Assembly (NCBI GenBank): GCA_030390025.1
Contig: CM059433.1
Coordinates: 14,634,001 to 14,698,000, forward strand
Origin: Squalus acanthias
Taxonomy: Eukaryota
Length of the DNA: 64,000 nucleotides
Reading direction: 5' to 3'
Shown: one piece after another, positions 24,936 through 37,040 of the stretch
Layout: each line of letters starts with the position of its first letter
How positions within the stretch are numbered: the stretch's first letter is position 1
Program-made: the position numbers and the translations under genes
Notes under the pieces: generated by a model
The model's input: only the letters and a program-made list of their open reading frames with translations
The model's database searches: none
What the model was told of the DNA's origin: nothing

Positions 24936-25139
24936 TTGAGAGCTGCCTTTAAAGAAATACTAGCTGGACATTTCTGGTAAATCTTTCTGATAAAGAGATC
25001 TCAAGATTTATTTAGCATAAATGTAAGAAACAAGTATATTAGCCAGTTAAAATTGAAATAGCTGATCTATTTCTGTAACTGTTTTTCTTGAGATCGCACT
25101 GGCCAGCAAAGATAAATGTCTGTTATCAGGACTGCATAT

Positions 25140-25445
25140 TTCCCTCTTTGTACTATTACCCACCTTCATTAAAACCCTCATTTGCACCATTGCCACCAGG
25201 CTTGATATCTCCAACACTCTCCTCATGGGTCTCCCAAGCTCCACTCCACACAAACTCATTCAGAGCTCTTCTGCTCGCATCGTTTCCCATTTTAAATCCC
25301 ACTCACCTATCGCCCCTGCCCTTACTGGCTATCTGTTCCCCAATGCATTGAATTTAAATTCCTCATCCTCGTTTATAAACCCATTCAAACATCTCCTCAT
25401 AACCTTCTTCGTTGATCTTGCCTTTGGTCACCATGCCTAACTTTC
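25140..25445 (+). mobile_element. Old L2 fragment
   Basis: Degenerate similarity to 12420-12660 and 12900-12940. Confidence 0.6.
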
Positions 25446-26344
25446 CTCCCAAACCACTCTTCAGTGTCTGATTCACCCTTTGTAAAGTTCCTGTCAAAAA
25501 TGCTGTACAAGAAAAAGCTTTTTTTTAAAATAGCATTAAAGGGGTTTGGTTGACACGCGGTAAAACATTTGCTTGACAACCTTGTGTAACATGAATGCTT
25601 CCCCAATAGATTTGTTCCGATCTTATAGTTTTACTTTATATGGTAGATGTAGGCATCTGTGTACCAAGAGTGCAAATTTGTCAAACTCGACTGTAAGATC
25701 TTTAATACTTGCCATGGAGATGCCTGTGCGATGAGTTATAGGGATATGGCACACTTGATTATGTAGAACCATGGGCTACATTATCAGAGAATCTGACGCT
25801 GGTGAGGAGTCATGCTCAATGGTGCATGGATCGGAGAATCAGGTGCATAGGTCTGTTTCCCTGACTTGCAGAACTCCCAATGTTCTAATCATTAAAATTA
25901 ATGACCGGATAATTGGGGGTGCCCCAAATCAGGCACGCTAAACTCAGTACCGATTCTCCAATTCCCACTCCCATCGAGTGAGATTATGCACCTAAAGCAG
26001 AGTCGCTGAACATTTACTCCAGTCTTTCCAAATCGTAGGAAGTCTCTTACAACAATCCCGACTTGAAATTGTTACTTTTTTTCTGCTCATAGAAATAATT
26101 ACATCAACGGCTATTTAATTTGAGATAACAGAGGCATTGTAAAAATACATATAAATTAGAAATTAGGTTTCCCTAGTAAACAAGTCGGAGGATTCAAGGT
26201 AAGTGAATAAATAATTAAGGCTTAAATGAGGACATAACACTGAAATAATAACACACAGCTTATTATCTAAACAGAGAGAGCAATTTCAAGAGTGCTTTTA
26301 ACATGATTGTTTGAATGAAGTTACAGCAATAATCAGAAAAAAAA

Positions 26345-28160
26345 GCATGGAACAAGGAAATGCCATTTAGGCAATCAAATCGGCTCCTTCCATAGACTAT
26401 GCATAAGCTACCTTATCATTGATCGACCCCACTCAACGTGCAGAGGGAAAGTTCAGCAAAATTTCTCCCAAGACCCCTAAAAGTAATCAAGCTTAATTCC
26501 AGGCAATCAATCTGACGACATTCCCTACTATCCCACCCACTGCACTGATGGCATTTCCCTGATTATCGCGGGAACAATTGTATTCCATGGAGAATTCCAT
26601 TATCTTGATCTATCCTCATCTTTGTATTTTCCATTTTCTTTCTGAAGATGTTAGTTGATAACATATGGAATGTTTTATCTGCGAGTCTACTCCACATAAC
26701 TTACTCCAATGGAAAGAAAAGACTCGTCATGCTCAAGTTCATTAATTTTGTACTCATGTCATCCAGTTCTCTGTTCATATTCCATTTTAAATATTCTGTT
26801 TACATCTAAGTTACCATTTATATCACCCTATCATTATAAAGATCAGGATTAGATTCCTCTTCAAGTCTTCTTTTCTCCAACTCGGAAATTCCATTTCAGG
26901 TCACCAGTGGAGTCCCTGAGGGCTCCATGTTGGGATCATTGTTGTTCATCCTCCATTAATACTTTGGATGGAGGAATCAATGGAATCATTCAGAAGTTTG
27001 CAGATAAACAATGTGCACGGGTGATGAGAGTTTAGACTTTTTAAAAAGATTACAGGCTAATTTAAAAAGGTTGTGTGTGGTAGATGTCCTTCAATGTGGA
27101 TAACAACATGCCATGCATTTGCATCATGGAAATTCCAGGCATGTGTACACAATACAGGGGTACCTACTAAAAGTTACAGAGCAGGAGAGGGTCTTGGAGT
27201 TCATAGTTGATAAATCATTGAAGGTCCACAAGCAATGAGAGAAAGATATTGGGAAGACAAATAGGTTGAATTACTAGCACAGTATAAGATAAAACGAAGA
27301 ACGCTATATTTAGCCTGATCAAGCCCTTGGTGCAGTCACACTTGGAGCACTGTGGGCCTTCAGTTTGATCTCCACACATATTGGGAGATATTAAAACCCA
27401 GGAGAAGGTACAGAGAAAGCTAACCAAAATGATGCCCTGTCTTAGGGCTCCTACTTATCAGGATAGGCTTGATGAGTTGGGGCTATTTTTAAATTCAGGA
27501 ATGTAGACTTAGAGGGGATATAATTAAGGTTTGTAAAATGATAGAAGATTTGATCTATCCAGTTGGATCGGTGTTATTTGAGATGGCTCAGGATTAGGAG
27601 AACTCCAACGCATACATATAAAATATGCAGGCAAAAGTTAGTTTATATATTCAGAATTATTTCTGTTCACAGAGTGATTGCCCTCACATGCAGTGAGTAT
27701 GGATTGCCTGCAGAAGAGAGATGGGCAAGTTCCTGTGAGAAGAGAACATTCCAGTTACAGGAAGTAAGCAGTGGGGTAGCTCAGAATAGTAAGATTCATG
27801 AGTTACCAGGGACTCCTGGAGATTGCTTGATTGTCATAGGAGGTCAGAGAAGGCCCATCAGGGTTTTTCCTCAATTGGCTTTAAGATTTGTTTCTCTGAT
27901 TTTTTGAATCTTCCAGGAGATTACAAGACTGTGGGGGCTGGGTCGATTGTGTGTGCGCTTGAATTGAGTGGGTGCGATGGACTAGATTTGTTTTAGCCTT
28001 GTACTCATTTTCATATCTGAAAAATTTCAGTCTAGAATCACCCTTATAGCTCTTCTCTGAGCCCTCTTCAATAAAACAATGTCCTTTGAAGGCAAGAAGC
28101 CGACAACTTTACACAATATTCCAAATACAGCCTCGCCAAAATCTACACAAGGTTCTGCTA
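26345..28160. mobile_element. Old CR1 cluster: minus copy (26345-26890 and 28020-28160) split by a plus copy (26900-28000)
   Basis: Plus copy shows SGVP.GSMLG, KFAD, LVQSHLEHC and RLRG.IIKV remnants. The flanks show the minus-strand CR1 3' region. Confidence 0.7.
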
Positions 28161-28439
28161 AGTTTCAGCAGTTAATACACACAGTAATAAGGTGTGTAAT
28201 ACTCCAGTTATATACCCATGATTTATTATAGGTTAACTGATTGATGTACTCATTGAATAGATGTATGAGGAGACAGTTCATATTTCATTGGTTTTCATGA
28301 AATGAAACTGGACAGAAATCTATGGTATGTTTGATGATTTTTTTTATGAAACCTGTTTGGGAACGATTACAAGAATTTGTGACAAAAGGAAGATTTTTTT
28401 TTGGACAATGAGCTAGCAGATTGGAATAATAACAACAGA

Positions 28440-29362
28440 TTGCCAGAGGTACAGCAACCATCACTTCACAAGACAGACTGGCTCAGAGTTGTGTAATTAA
28501 CCGTCCAATGATCAGAATAGAACATCTGGATGGGGGATGGCTTTTCCATGGAAGTGAAGGTTACCAATAAAGTTTCCATGCCACTGCATCCAAGCCACCC
28601 CAGGAGACATCTTCCACATCAGGAAGTCAACAAAAATAAATAAATACTTGCATTTATATAGCGCCTTTCATAACCTCAGCAAATCCCAAAGCACTTTACA
28701 GCCAATTAAGTACTTCTGAAGTGTTGTCACTGTTATAATGCTGGAAACATGTCAGTCAGATTTGCGCAAAGCAAGGTCCTATGAACAGCAATGAGATAAT
28801 GACCAGATAATCCATTTTAGTGATCTTGGTTGAGGGATAAATGTTGGCCAGGATACCGGGGCGAACTCCTCTGCTCTTCTTCAAAATAGTGCCATGGGAT
28901 CTTTTATGCCAACCTGTGAGGGCAGACGGGGCCTCAGTTTAACTTCTCATCTGAAAGACGGCACCTCTGACAGTGCAGCACTCCCTCAGTGCTGCATTGA
29001 AGTGTTAGCCTAGATTTTGTGCTCAAGTTCCTGGAGTGGGACGTGAACCCACAAGAGCCACAATGCACATGTGGATCAAGGAAATGACAACTACTATGTT
29101 GACAAGGGACAACAGTGTCATCATTTTTCCTGTGGAAAGGAACTATCAACTGGACAGGAAATACAGTTTAGACTCCTAGAAAGGCTCCTTTGAGTCCAAA
29201 AAGTCACAGATAGAATCTATGTAGACATTTAAGCATCAGGGCTCTTTGTGTCAACCCCATTGCCTTCATGCAGAGAAAGGGTATGAATTCAATTAATGTT
29301 CAGGTGGTATTTGACTAGCTGAATCAATATCATGCATATCAGTGGCCAGTATCCAGGAATGC
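28440..29362 (+). pseudogene. Degenerate Harbinger transposase split by a DeuSINE
   Basis: EVKVT... at ~28550 and FMQRKGMNSINVQVVFD...ISGQYPG at 29265-29360 match the HARBI1-type RKG..S.NVQ motif. Confidence 0.65.
28635..29055 (-). mobile_element. DeuSINE (SacSINE1-like)
   Basis: Reverse complement of the 37934-38406 family. Confidence 0.9.
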
Positions 29363-29834
29363 GATTGAGCCAATCACATCGGTTTTTTCTAGCTGAAATA
29401 AAGGAAGGAAAGACTAACTGGGTTACAGATGAGCTAGAGAAACTCGAGCAGCCATTTTATGAAATATTTAGAGTGATGAAGGATGCAATATGCCTTTGTA
29501 TTTTAATATTGCAACGTGTCACAGCTTGTTATAACTTCGATTCATGAAAAATGAATGAGAAAAGTATAGTTGGCTTATACAGATTTGCTCTATTTTTGAG
29601 GTCATTTTTCAGATCCCAATGTGGCCATTTTGTTTTTATTTTCTTATCACAAATAAATTTCCCTTTATTCTTTGTTGAATAAGGAATTGATGTAGTTCCC
29701 TCCTGAAAGCTACAAATGGGTGGGGGTCTGTACCATCAGTTAATATTTGTAAGTGTGATGAAATTATTTTCTTCATTTATAATCATATCTCCTAGGTCTT
29801 CTGATTTGGTTTTCTGTGACTTTTTATTGGTTTA

Positions 29835-30170
29835 CATAGGAATTGCAAGACAAAAAAGACCAAGGTCCATTAAGTTCGCCTTCTACCAGCCTGGTAGTCG
29901 CATGATACAACGATAGTGCAGTTGTTGACTAATCATGGCAATTCATCTCTATACATTAGTCTACAAGAGACCCAGACACGAGGCGAGCAAAACCCCAATG
30001 CTGCAAATCTTTGGGAACCATAGGTCCAAGTCACCTGTTGATCCCAAGCATGCTGCACTTATCACAAGTCGTGTCTCAAATTATTCATATGCTGTAGCCC
30101 AAAATATTGTATTTTCTGAAAGAAATCTATATGATTTGGATTTGAATGAACCAATGGTATCTGCTGAATG
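29835..30170 (-). mobile_element. Old CR1 3' UTR
   Basis: catagga...agaccaaggtccat tail pattern and agaaatctat...ttgaatgaa, as in other CR1 ends. Confidence 0.45.
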
Positions 30171-30499
30171 TAAAATCTTCCATGAACCAGCGCAATCGGG
30201 CAGTGTGTTAGAATGTCATTGTTTATTCTCTGCTTCTTGCATTAAAAAATATTCTCTGAAATATTTTAAGAGTGGTAACCTGGTGCGGTTTTATCAATAC
30301 AGCTGAAAATGGGTTCATCACAAATATCATAAATAAGCAATTTAATTCGAGTGTCAGGTCTCCCACCTGTGAGTAACCCGAATTTAAATAATTGAAAATG
30401 GCTTTAATAAGCAATACAGAACCATTTACTAGTTTCAATGGTGTCCTGTAGTCAGTTTCTTAGCAATTTAAATATTTAATATTTAAAAGCTTTTAAACG

Positions 30500-31120
30500 T
30501 ACCTAAAATAAAAAGTAAGAGCCTCCTCGAAGGCCCCCAAACGGGCGAAATTAACGGAAACTCACCATGGTGATTAATTCAATCGAGGGGAGGGGGGGTT
30601 GGCCAGTTTTGTGGGCGGGGCCGGCTTCCAGCTAGAGCAAAATATTGCGGAAACTCGAGTTGCGCTGGACGTAATTTGTGCTTGGAGTTCCTCAATCTTT
30701 GGCACTGGTTTGGCCAATGTCAAGCGAATTGCCCTTATTTTCATTAAAGCTAGAAGCACAATTCAGCTTTAGCTGTTGTATAACATTAGGATAATAATTA
30801 GGCATTAATAATGTCTGCAAAAGAAAATAGTTTACTCGCGCTACTATTTCAGTGTAAAACTGAAGCCAGGCCTTTGAGGCGCCGTATTTCATTCAAACAC
30901 TGATAATTTAGGGCATTACACAGTAGCAAAGATGCAGCCGCTGCTGGAGTCGTGACATGAGTAACATCACTTTCTCGTCTCTCAGGCAGCGTGATTCCTT
31001 CGCTCTAACGCAGGAAGTCCTGTAACAAAGGGAAACCTCAGATCATCACACAGGAAAATACCACTTCCAGCTCGATAACTGATGTGTGTTGGGATGTAAG
31101 TGGCAGATAGAGAATCATGG
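30500..31120. promoter_or_regulatory. CpG-enriched putative promoter / first-exon region
   Basis: GC box gggcggggcc (~30613), CCAAT (~30714), ETS-like caggaagt (~31011), minus-strand cacc-ATG|gtgagt at 30568-30560, plus-strand gat|gtaagt (~31096). Confidence 0.35.
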
Positions 31121-31598
31121 GACAGAGGAAAAAGCAGATAATAAAGGGTTAGAAGCAGAGCGGTGACGTGAACCTGACCCTGACAAATTGGAGACTGAAT
31201 TACTTGAAGTGTCTCCGTCAACACTGCGACTGACAAAGAAGAAAATATGGCAGGAAGGCAGAAGGGAGTAAATAATTGGAGTGCTGGGGAGAGCGTAAAT
31301 TAAGAGTTGAGAGTGAGATTATGGGCTGGATTTTAACGTGCAGACGCTCTGGCAGCAGTTGGGGTGGAGTGCCCGATAACGCGTGGAAAACCTGGAAATA
31401 CGTGAAGCGCGTCCATCAGTGGCTTTCTATCACAGCCACTGTATTAACATATGATTTCCGAGTTTCCCGACCAATTAGCGCCAGTAGGCGTGATGATGAC
31501 CCGCATGATGCGATTTCAACTCCACTATTTAAAGGGGCCCTTCAAACTTGCAAGTTGAAGCAGTTGGCGGTGGGAAGGAGAGAGAAACAAGTCTTGCC

Positions 31599-33286
31599 AT
31601 GGAAGGTAGATGGTCAAAGGCTGCGCCCCGCTTCTGCGACGCCTCCCTGAATGTGCTGCTGGGGGCTGTCAGGACCTGGAGGGTGATACTGTTCACTAGC
31701 AACGGGAGGAAGAAGCCTTCTGGGGGTACCAAGGAGGCGTGGTTAGAGGTGACACAAGTGATAAGCAGCAGGAGCGTAGTGCCACGCTCCCGGATCCAAT
31801 GCAGGAAACATTTTAATGACCTAACCAGGGCAGGAAAGGTGAGAGCAGTGGCACATTCACCTATATCCTGATGTGCGTTTCACCCCAACTCACTCGCTCT
31901 GCTTTCTCAAGCCTACTCCAGCCCATCACTCCTCACACCAACTTACCTTGCAGGTATACCCATCCCTCTCTGTCAACGCACTTCTTCACATCCCCATCTA
32001 TCCATCCACCACTGACACTCGCCCTCATCCTTATGCAATGACATGCTTCTCCCTCATAATCACCCTCAACAAATGCTCTCCATCCATCTGTTCAACACAT
32101 GTCATTACTCTCACTCATGGGTCTCTTCTTTACCTCCTTGCAGGAGAAGAGAGAACAAAACACCAGAGAGAGGAAGAGAACTGGAGGTGGCCCTCCAGCC
32201 ATCTTGCAACTAATAGCTGCAGAGGAGGAGGCGCTGGAGATCAGCAGAGTCTCGATATGCCTGGCCATCAGAGATGGGGGCCTTCCAGTTACCTCGTGAC
32301 AGAATTAAATATCTGACAGCCACATGCCCTACAACACTCAGTCAACAGCGAGTGAAATATGATCATGTGCATAATGATAACTTCAAACATTCTTATCTTG
32401 ACAGTACTCATTCATGTCTTTCATCTCCCACAGGGCCCTCACGTGTCCTGCAGGAGATGGTCGAGGTCGCCGCTGCTATCGATTCTTCAGAAGAGCAGGA
32501 CCAGGTGGTGGAGACAGGGACAGCAGCAGAGAGTCCGCGTCGAAGGGCGCAGGCCTCTCCAAGCTCTGCTTAGCTGGATGCAGATGCTGTACCTCGGGAA
32601 CCGTCGATGAACAGGATACTTCTTGAGCAGCAGCAGAGAATGTGCGATGTACTGGCAGGCGTTCCATCTGCACTGTTCACTACTGCAGAGAGATCGGAGG
32701 AGTCGCTCTCAAGCATCAGCGACATGATGTCAGAGGCCGTTGCGATGATGTCTTCTTCCATGGAAAGAGTGACCACCAACTGCATGAAGCATCAAACGTG
32801 GCAATCACACGAGTGCATGCAGGCCTTCACCAATGGCTTGCACACTGTGAATGCCACCTTAATTAGGATGAATGATACCCTAACCTTATCCTTTTATTTC
32901 CCCACTGATCGACAGCAAACTGTTTCCCAGCACATTGCTAGCAGGGAAGTACGGCTGCCCATGAGAGGGATGATGGTGAAAGGGGACAAGGAAGTGGGGA
33001 CTCAGATCAAAGCGCTTCCACTTCTCACCCGTTGCCCCCCTCCCGGCTCAGTCAGTACCCCCACATGCAGCCCGGTGTCCCATTGGCTGAGTCTGCCCCT
33101 GCACAGTGGCAGGTGGAGCAAACTTTGCCGGGGCCCTCACGGGCTTCAAAACCCTGAGGACGTCGGCCAAGAGCACCTCAGCAGTCAGAGCAGGGATCTG
33201 AGCAGCCTGCCTCAGCCTCTGCCTCTGCCGAGGCCACAGGGGTTGCACCATGTAGAAGTGCTAGGAAAAGGAAGAGTAAAGATTTA
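31599..33286 (+). pseudogene. Harbinger Myb/SANT-like DNA-binding protein gene, 3 exons (31599-31838, 32144-32295, 32434-33286)
   Basis: APRFCDASLNVLL...AWLEV...RSRIQCRKHFNDL..AGK|gtgag, then ttgcag|EKREQNTRERKRTGGGP and ccacag| exon 3, with frameshifts. Confidence 0.85.
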
Positions 33287-34024
33287 GGGAGAAAAATTGG
33301 GCTGCTTTGCGCCTCTCGTTAGCGCCGCGAGGGGGCGCTAATGGGGCGCAAAGCACCCAGCGCCCGGGCACCGCTAACGCCTGCCGCGAAATTCAGCGGG
33401 AGGTTAGCAGCGGCAGTAGCCGGGAGCACCCCGCGGCGCTGCGCCGCCGGCAATGACGTCATCGCTGTGCGCAGCGCCCCGGCCGCACCCCGGCCGCATA
33501 CTTCGCTCGCGCCTCCTGACCTATCGCCGGACGATACGTCTGACAGGGTCAGGATGCTGTATTTGCGGCCGCAGCGGCACAAATTAAAGGGCAGGTGCTG
33601 GGCGGCCATTTTTTTGGGCCGCCTGCCAGCAACTGCCCCCTTTCTCCTCCTCCTGCGGGGTTCCGGCCACGATTGGTCAGGCCGGCACTCCTCTTGAGTG
33701 CCGGGCTGTTTTCCCAGCACCTTGCTGCCTGGGTCCAACAGGGCCCAGGTGCGCACTGCGCTAGGCCCCTCCCGTTTAATCAGGGGAGGGAGGCCTGCAG
33801 TACCACGGCCTGCAGTACCATGGTGCTACGTGCCAACAAAGCGCCGCGATATTCAATGGGAGCGCCCCAAGAGGGAGGGGGAGCGCTTCCAGTAGCGTCC
33901 CGCCTCCTGCTTGGGGTGCTACCATTCAATTTCTGGCGCGGGGGCGCTAACTTTTTCAGGGCGCTAAAAGTAGTGCCCCGGCGAAGTTAACGCCCCAAAG
34001 GTGGCGGGACCCAATTTTTCCCCC
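33287..34024. mobile_element. GC-rich Harbinger-type MITE, 738 bp
   Basis: TIRs gggagaaaaattggg / cccaatttttccccc, flanks TTA / TTG, second copy at 40093-40727. Confidence 0.9.
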
Positions 34025-34345
34025 TTGTAGTTGCACAAGGGTATGCACATCGGTTTGTTACACATTGTTAGATTGGTAAGTTTCTGTTTTCTATCTGAGA
34101 GTCATAAATATTATTGTTTTGCACCACTTTCCCATCTTGCCCAGTCTGGGTTACTGGCTGGCAAGTGGCCTTTTCAGTTGTGTGATGATAAATGGGAAGA
34201 CATGAATTGACGCCGAGTAATGAGTGGCTGTGAAAGAGAGGATTAGTTGTTTGCAGGACTGCTTTGTGTTAGTGGTATTGGGGTGTGGGGGGGAAGGAGC
34301 AAAATTGGCTTTTGCAGGTGGTTCAGATGGGAGCCCTGGTGGAAC

Positions 34346-34775
34346 CTAAGTGAACCTCACAATAATCAGGGCATCCCGGGCAGCAATGTGTAGTGCTGAT
34401 GGTGCATTGCCCACATCACCTTCCTCCTCCTCCTCCTCCTCGAAATCGTCTGAAGATTCTGTGAGCTCTGCGCCTTGTTCCTCCTGCAGGTCCAAACCTC
34501 GCTGCTGCGCAATGTTGTGCAGAGCGCAGCACACCACGACCATGCTGGAGACCCTGGCTGGAGCATAGTGCAGGGCACCTCCAGATCTGTCCAGGCACCT
34601 GAAGTGCATCTTCAGCATGCTGATGGTTTGTTCGATTACACATCTGGTGGTCATATGACATTCATTGTATCGCTCCTGTGCCTCATTCCTTGGGTTTCTG
34701 AGAGGTGTCATCAGCCACAAAGTAGGTGGTGGGATCGGCTTCTGGGGGCGTCTCATGGCGGTCTTGCATTCGGGA
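34346..34775 (-). pseudogene. Harbinger (HARBI1-like) DDE transposase C-terminal part
   Basis: WLMTPLRNP....ERYNECH..TRCVIEQTISMLKMHFRCLDRSGGAL.Y.P..V...VVVCCALHNIA, then an acidic tail. Confidence 0.92.
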
Positions 34776-35276
34776 AGGGGATGGAGTGGGAGCTCGGGGT
34801 AGAGGTGTCCTAAACTTTCCTTGAGGAGCATTCCAGCTTCTCCTGGCCCCACAACAACCACCACCAACAACAACTTTCACTGAGATAGCAACATTTGGCT
34901 GATAGATTTTATTAAACAACTTAATTTAGAAAATGGTTTTGTAACACATATATTTACCTATTTCATTTCAAAATATAAATTTCTAGAAATATTTTCTGTA
35001 TTTGCAATTGAAATAAGTTTCTGGTGAATATTCAATCCAATAAGTCTTATCTTAAATACCTCACATTTTAAAATGTCATGCTGTTTGATACGTAAGCAGT
35101 AGATATGGAATCTAAAACTTGATATGATTGAGAAGCTGCAGCAAATTCAACAAGTTATGTGCAACAACAACAATTTGCATTTATATAGCACCTTCAACGT
35201 CGTAAAATGTCCCAAGGTGCTTCACAGGAGTGTTATCAAACAAAATTTGACACTAAGCCACATAAGGAGATATCAG

Positions 35277-35738
35277 AAGCAAAAGCAAAATACTGCGGAT
35301 GCTGGAAATCTGAAATAAAAACAGAAAATGCTGGAAATACTCAGCAGGTCAGGCAGCATCTGTGGAGAGAGAAACAGAGTTAACGTTTCAGGTCGATGAG
35401 CTTTTGTCAGAACTGGAAAAAGCAGGAAATGGAACAGGTTTTAAGCAAGTGCAGGGGCTGGGAGAGGGGGGAGGAGAGGAAAGAACAAAAGGGAAGGTCT
35501 GTGATAGGATGGAAGGCAGGAGAGATTAAGAGACATTAAGAGATGGTGCAAGGCAAAAGGAGATGGTAATGGGACAAGTTAAGAAACAAAAGGTGGCTTA
35601 TTAAGAGACATTAAGAGATATTAAGAGATGGTGCAAGGCAAAGGGAGATGGTAATGGGACAAGTTAAGAAACAAAAGGTGGCTCTAGATGGAAGGCAGGA
35701 GAGATTAAGAGATATTAAGAGATGGTGCAAGGCAAAAG
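35277..35738 (-). mobile_element. Penelope-like element 3' terminal fragment (second family) with rearranged tandem repeats
   Basis: Hammerhead-like motif followed by ...gatgctgcctgacctgctgagtatttccagcattttctg; purine/pyrimidine-skewed body. Confidence 0.75.
35379..35413 (-). ncRNA. Degenerate minimal hammerhead ribozyme
   Basis: gtt-CTGACAA-a-AGCTC atc GACCT-GAAA-cg-TT-aac. The core G8 position is A and stem II has one mismatch. Confidence 0.6.
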
Positions 35739-35954
35739 TTTTTTTTTAAAATCAGGGATGCTCAAGAGGCCAGAATTGGAGGAGAGCAGAGAACTCGGAG
35801 GGTTGTAGGGCTGGAGGAGATTACAGAGATAGGGAGGGGCGAGGCCATGGAGGGATTTGAAAACAAGGATGAGAATTTTTAAATTGAAGCGTTGCTGGAC
35901 TGGGAGCCAATGTAGGTCAGCGAGCACAGGGATGATGGGTGAACGGGACTTAGC

Positions 35955-36262
35955 TGTTTTCCTCCCTCAGCCTCTGCACGACATCTGAGCAACATCTCAT
36001 CCTTGATGATCTCAACCTTCATATAAACTCATCAGGCTCTCGCTCCTGAGTTCACTAGCCTCCTAGTTTGCTCCTCCTAGCCACCCTTAATCTCGCTGCT
36101 CATATAAACTTGCCTACCCATATTCACGGCAACCTCCTCGAACTTGCCATCTCAAATGGCATCTCTACTCCCATCATGTTAATCACAGATAAGGCCATCT
36201 CTGATCACTTCCTTGTATCGCGGACGACACCCAGCTCTACCTCACCAGGACCTCTCTCGACC
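35955..36262 (+). mobile_element. L2 endonuclease-region fragment
   Basis: HINLPTHIHGNLLELAIS...AISDHFLVS. Confidence 0.75.
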
Positions 36263-36889
36263 AGCTCACCATTTGGGAGGGCGGGGCAGACACTGATCAT
36301 GGCCCTTTGGAAGCAATTTAAAGGGGCGGCCTGGAAAGATGGGGTTGTGGGTGGTGGTTGGGTGGTCCACAGAACAACTTATTTAAAAAGAACACATCCA
36401 GTAGCAGGGGGTTGAGGTTAAGGCTTAAAACTCACAAACGGATCAAGGAATATTGAACGGTAGACCTGCTTTCAGCTTCCTCTTACTGGAGCTAATAATC
36501 CAATTAAGTAGCGCTGGAAATGGCCGCCTCCTAACTGAAGTGCCCACGATTTGTGAGCGGGTTTAGGAAATAGTGTTGGCAGCGCTGACTGACTTGAACA
36601 TCATGTCGGGTTCTTAACTGTGTCATTTGACCCCTACTTTAATATTTTATTTAGTGCCCCCCCATCTGTTGGGTGCTGACCGCCTGAATCGAATTCCACC
36701 CAGAAGTCAGAATGAGCAGATCTCTGGCAGCAAATTCTGGTTTCTTCTTTGAAACTTTGTTCCTTGCCGTGGGGTCGTAGCGAGATGAAAATCGGTCCCG
36801 TGAATTCTTCAGCTACAGCAGCAACATTTATTTATACCAAATACAAACTAATGGTGAATTTGATGGTGCTTTTTTTTTTCAATACCCTG

Positions 36890-37040
36890 CATAAGGACAT
36901 AAGCCGTAGGAGCAGGAGTAGGTCATTTGGCCCCTCGAGCCTGCTCCGCCATTCAATAAGATCATGGCTGATCTGATCTTGGCCTCAACTCCACTTCCCT
37001 GCCCGCTCCCCATAACCCTCGACTCCCTTATCGTTCAAAT
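36890..37040 (-). mobile_element. CR1 3' UTR fragment
   Basis: ggcccctcgagcctgctccgccattcaataagatcatggctgatc. Confidence 0.9.

Larger units (their letters stand above)
31323..34775 (+). mobile_element. PIF/Harbinger transposon (Myb gene on +, convergent transposase on -), right end truncated
   Basis: Left TIR GGGCTGGATTTT is identical to that of the MITE at 10763. Two-gene layout typical of Harbinger. Confidence 0.9.
35160..35952 (-). mobile_element. L2 3' end split by a Penelope-like insertion
   Basis: Tail caacaacaac...tttatatagcacc at 35160-35275 and LADLHWLPV...APPYL at 35745-35950. Confidence 0.85.

Noticed and set aside
33319..33990. Several 100-145 aa ORFs on both strands
   Set aside because: They lie within a GC-rich MITE; low stop frequency explains them, and the frames are not kept in the sister copy at 40093.
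35508..35738. CRISPR-like repeat array
   Set aside because: Eukaryotic context, no unique spacers, irregular units.
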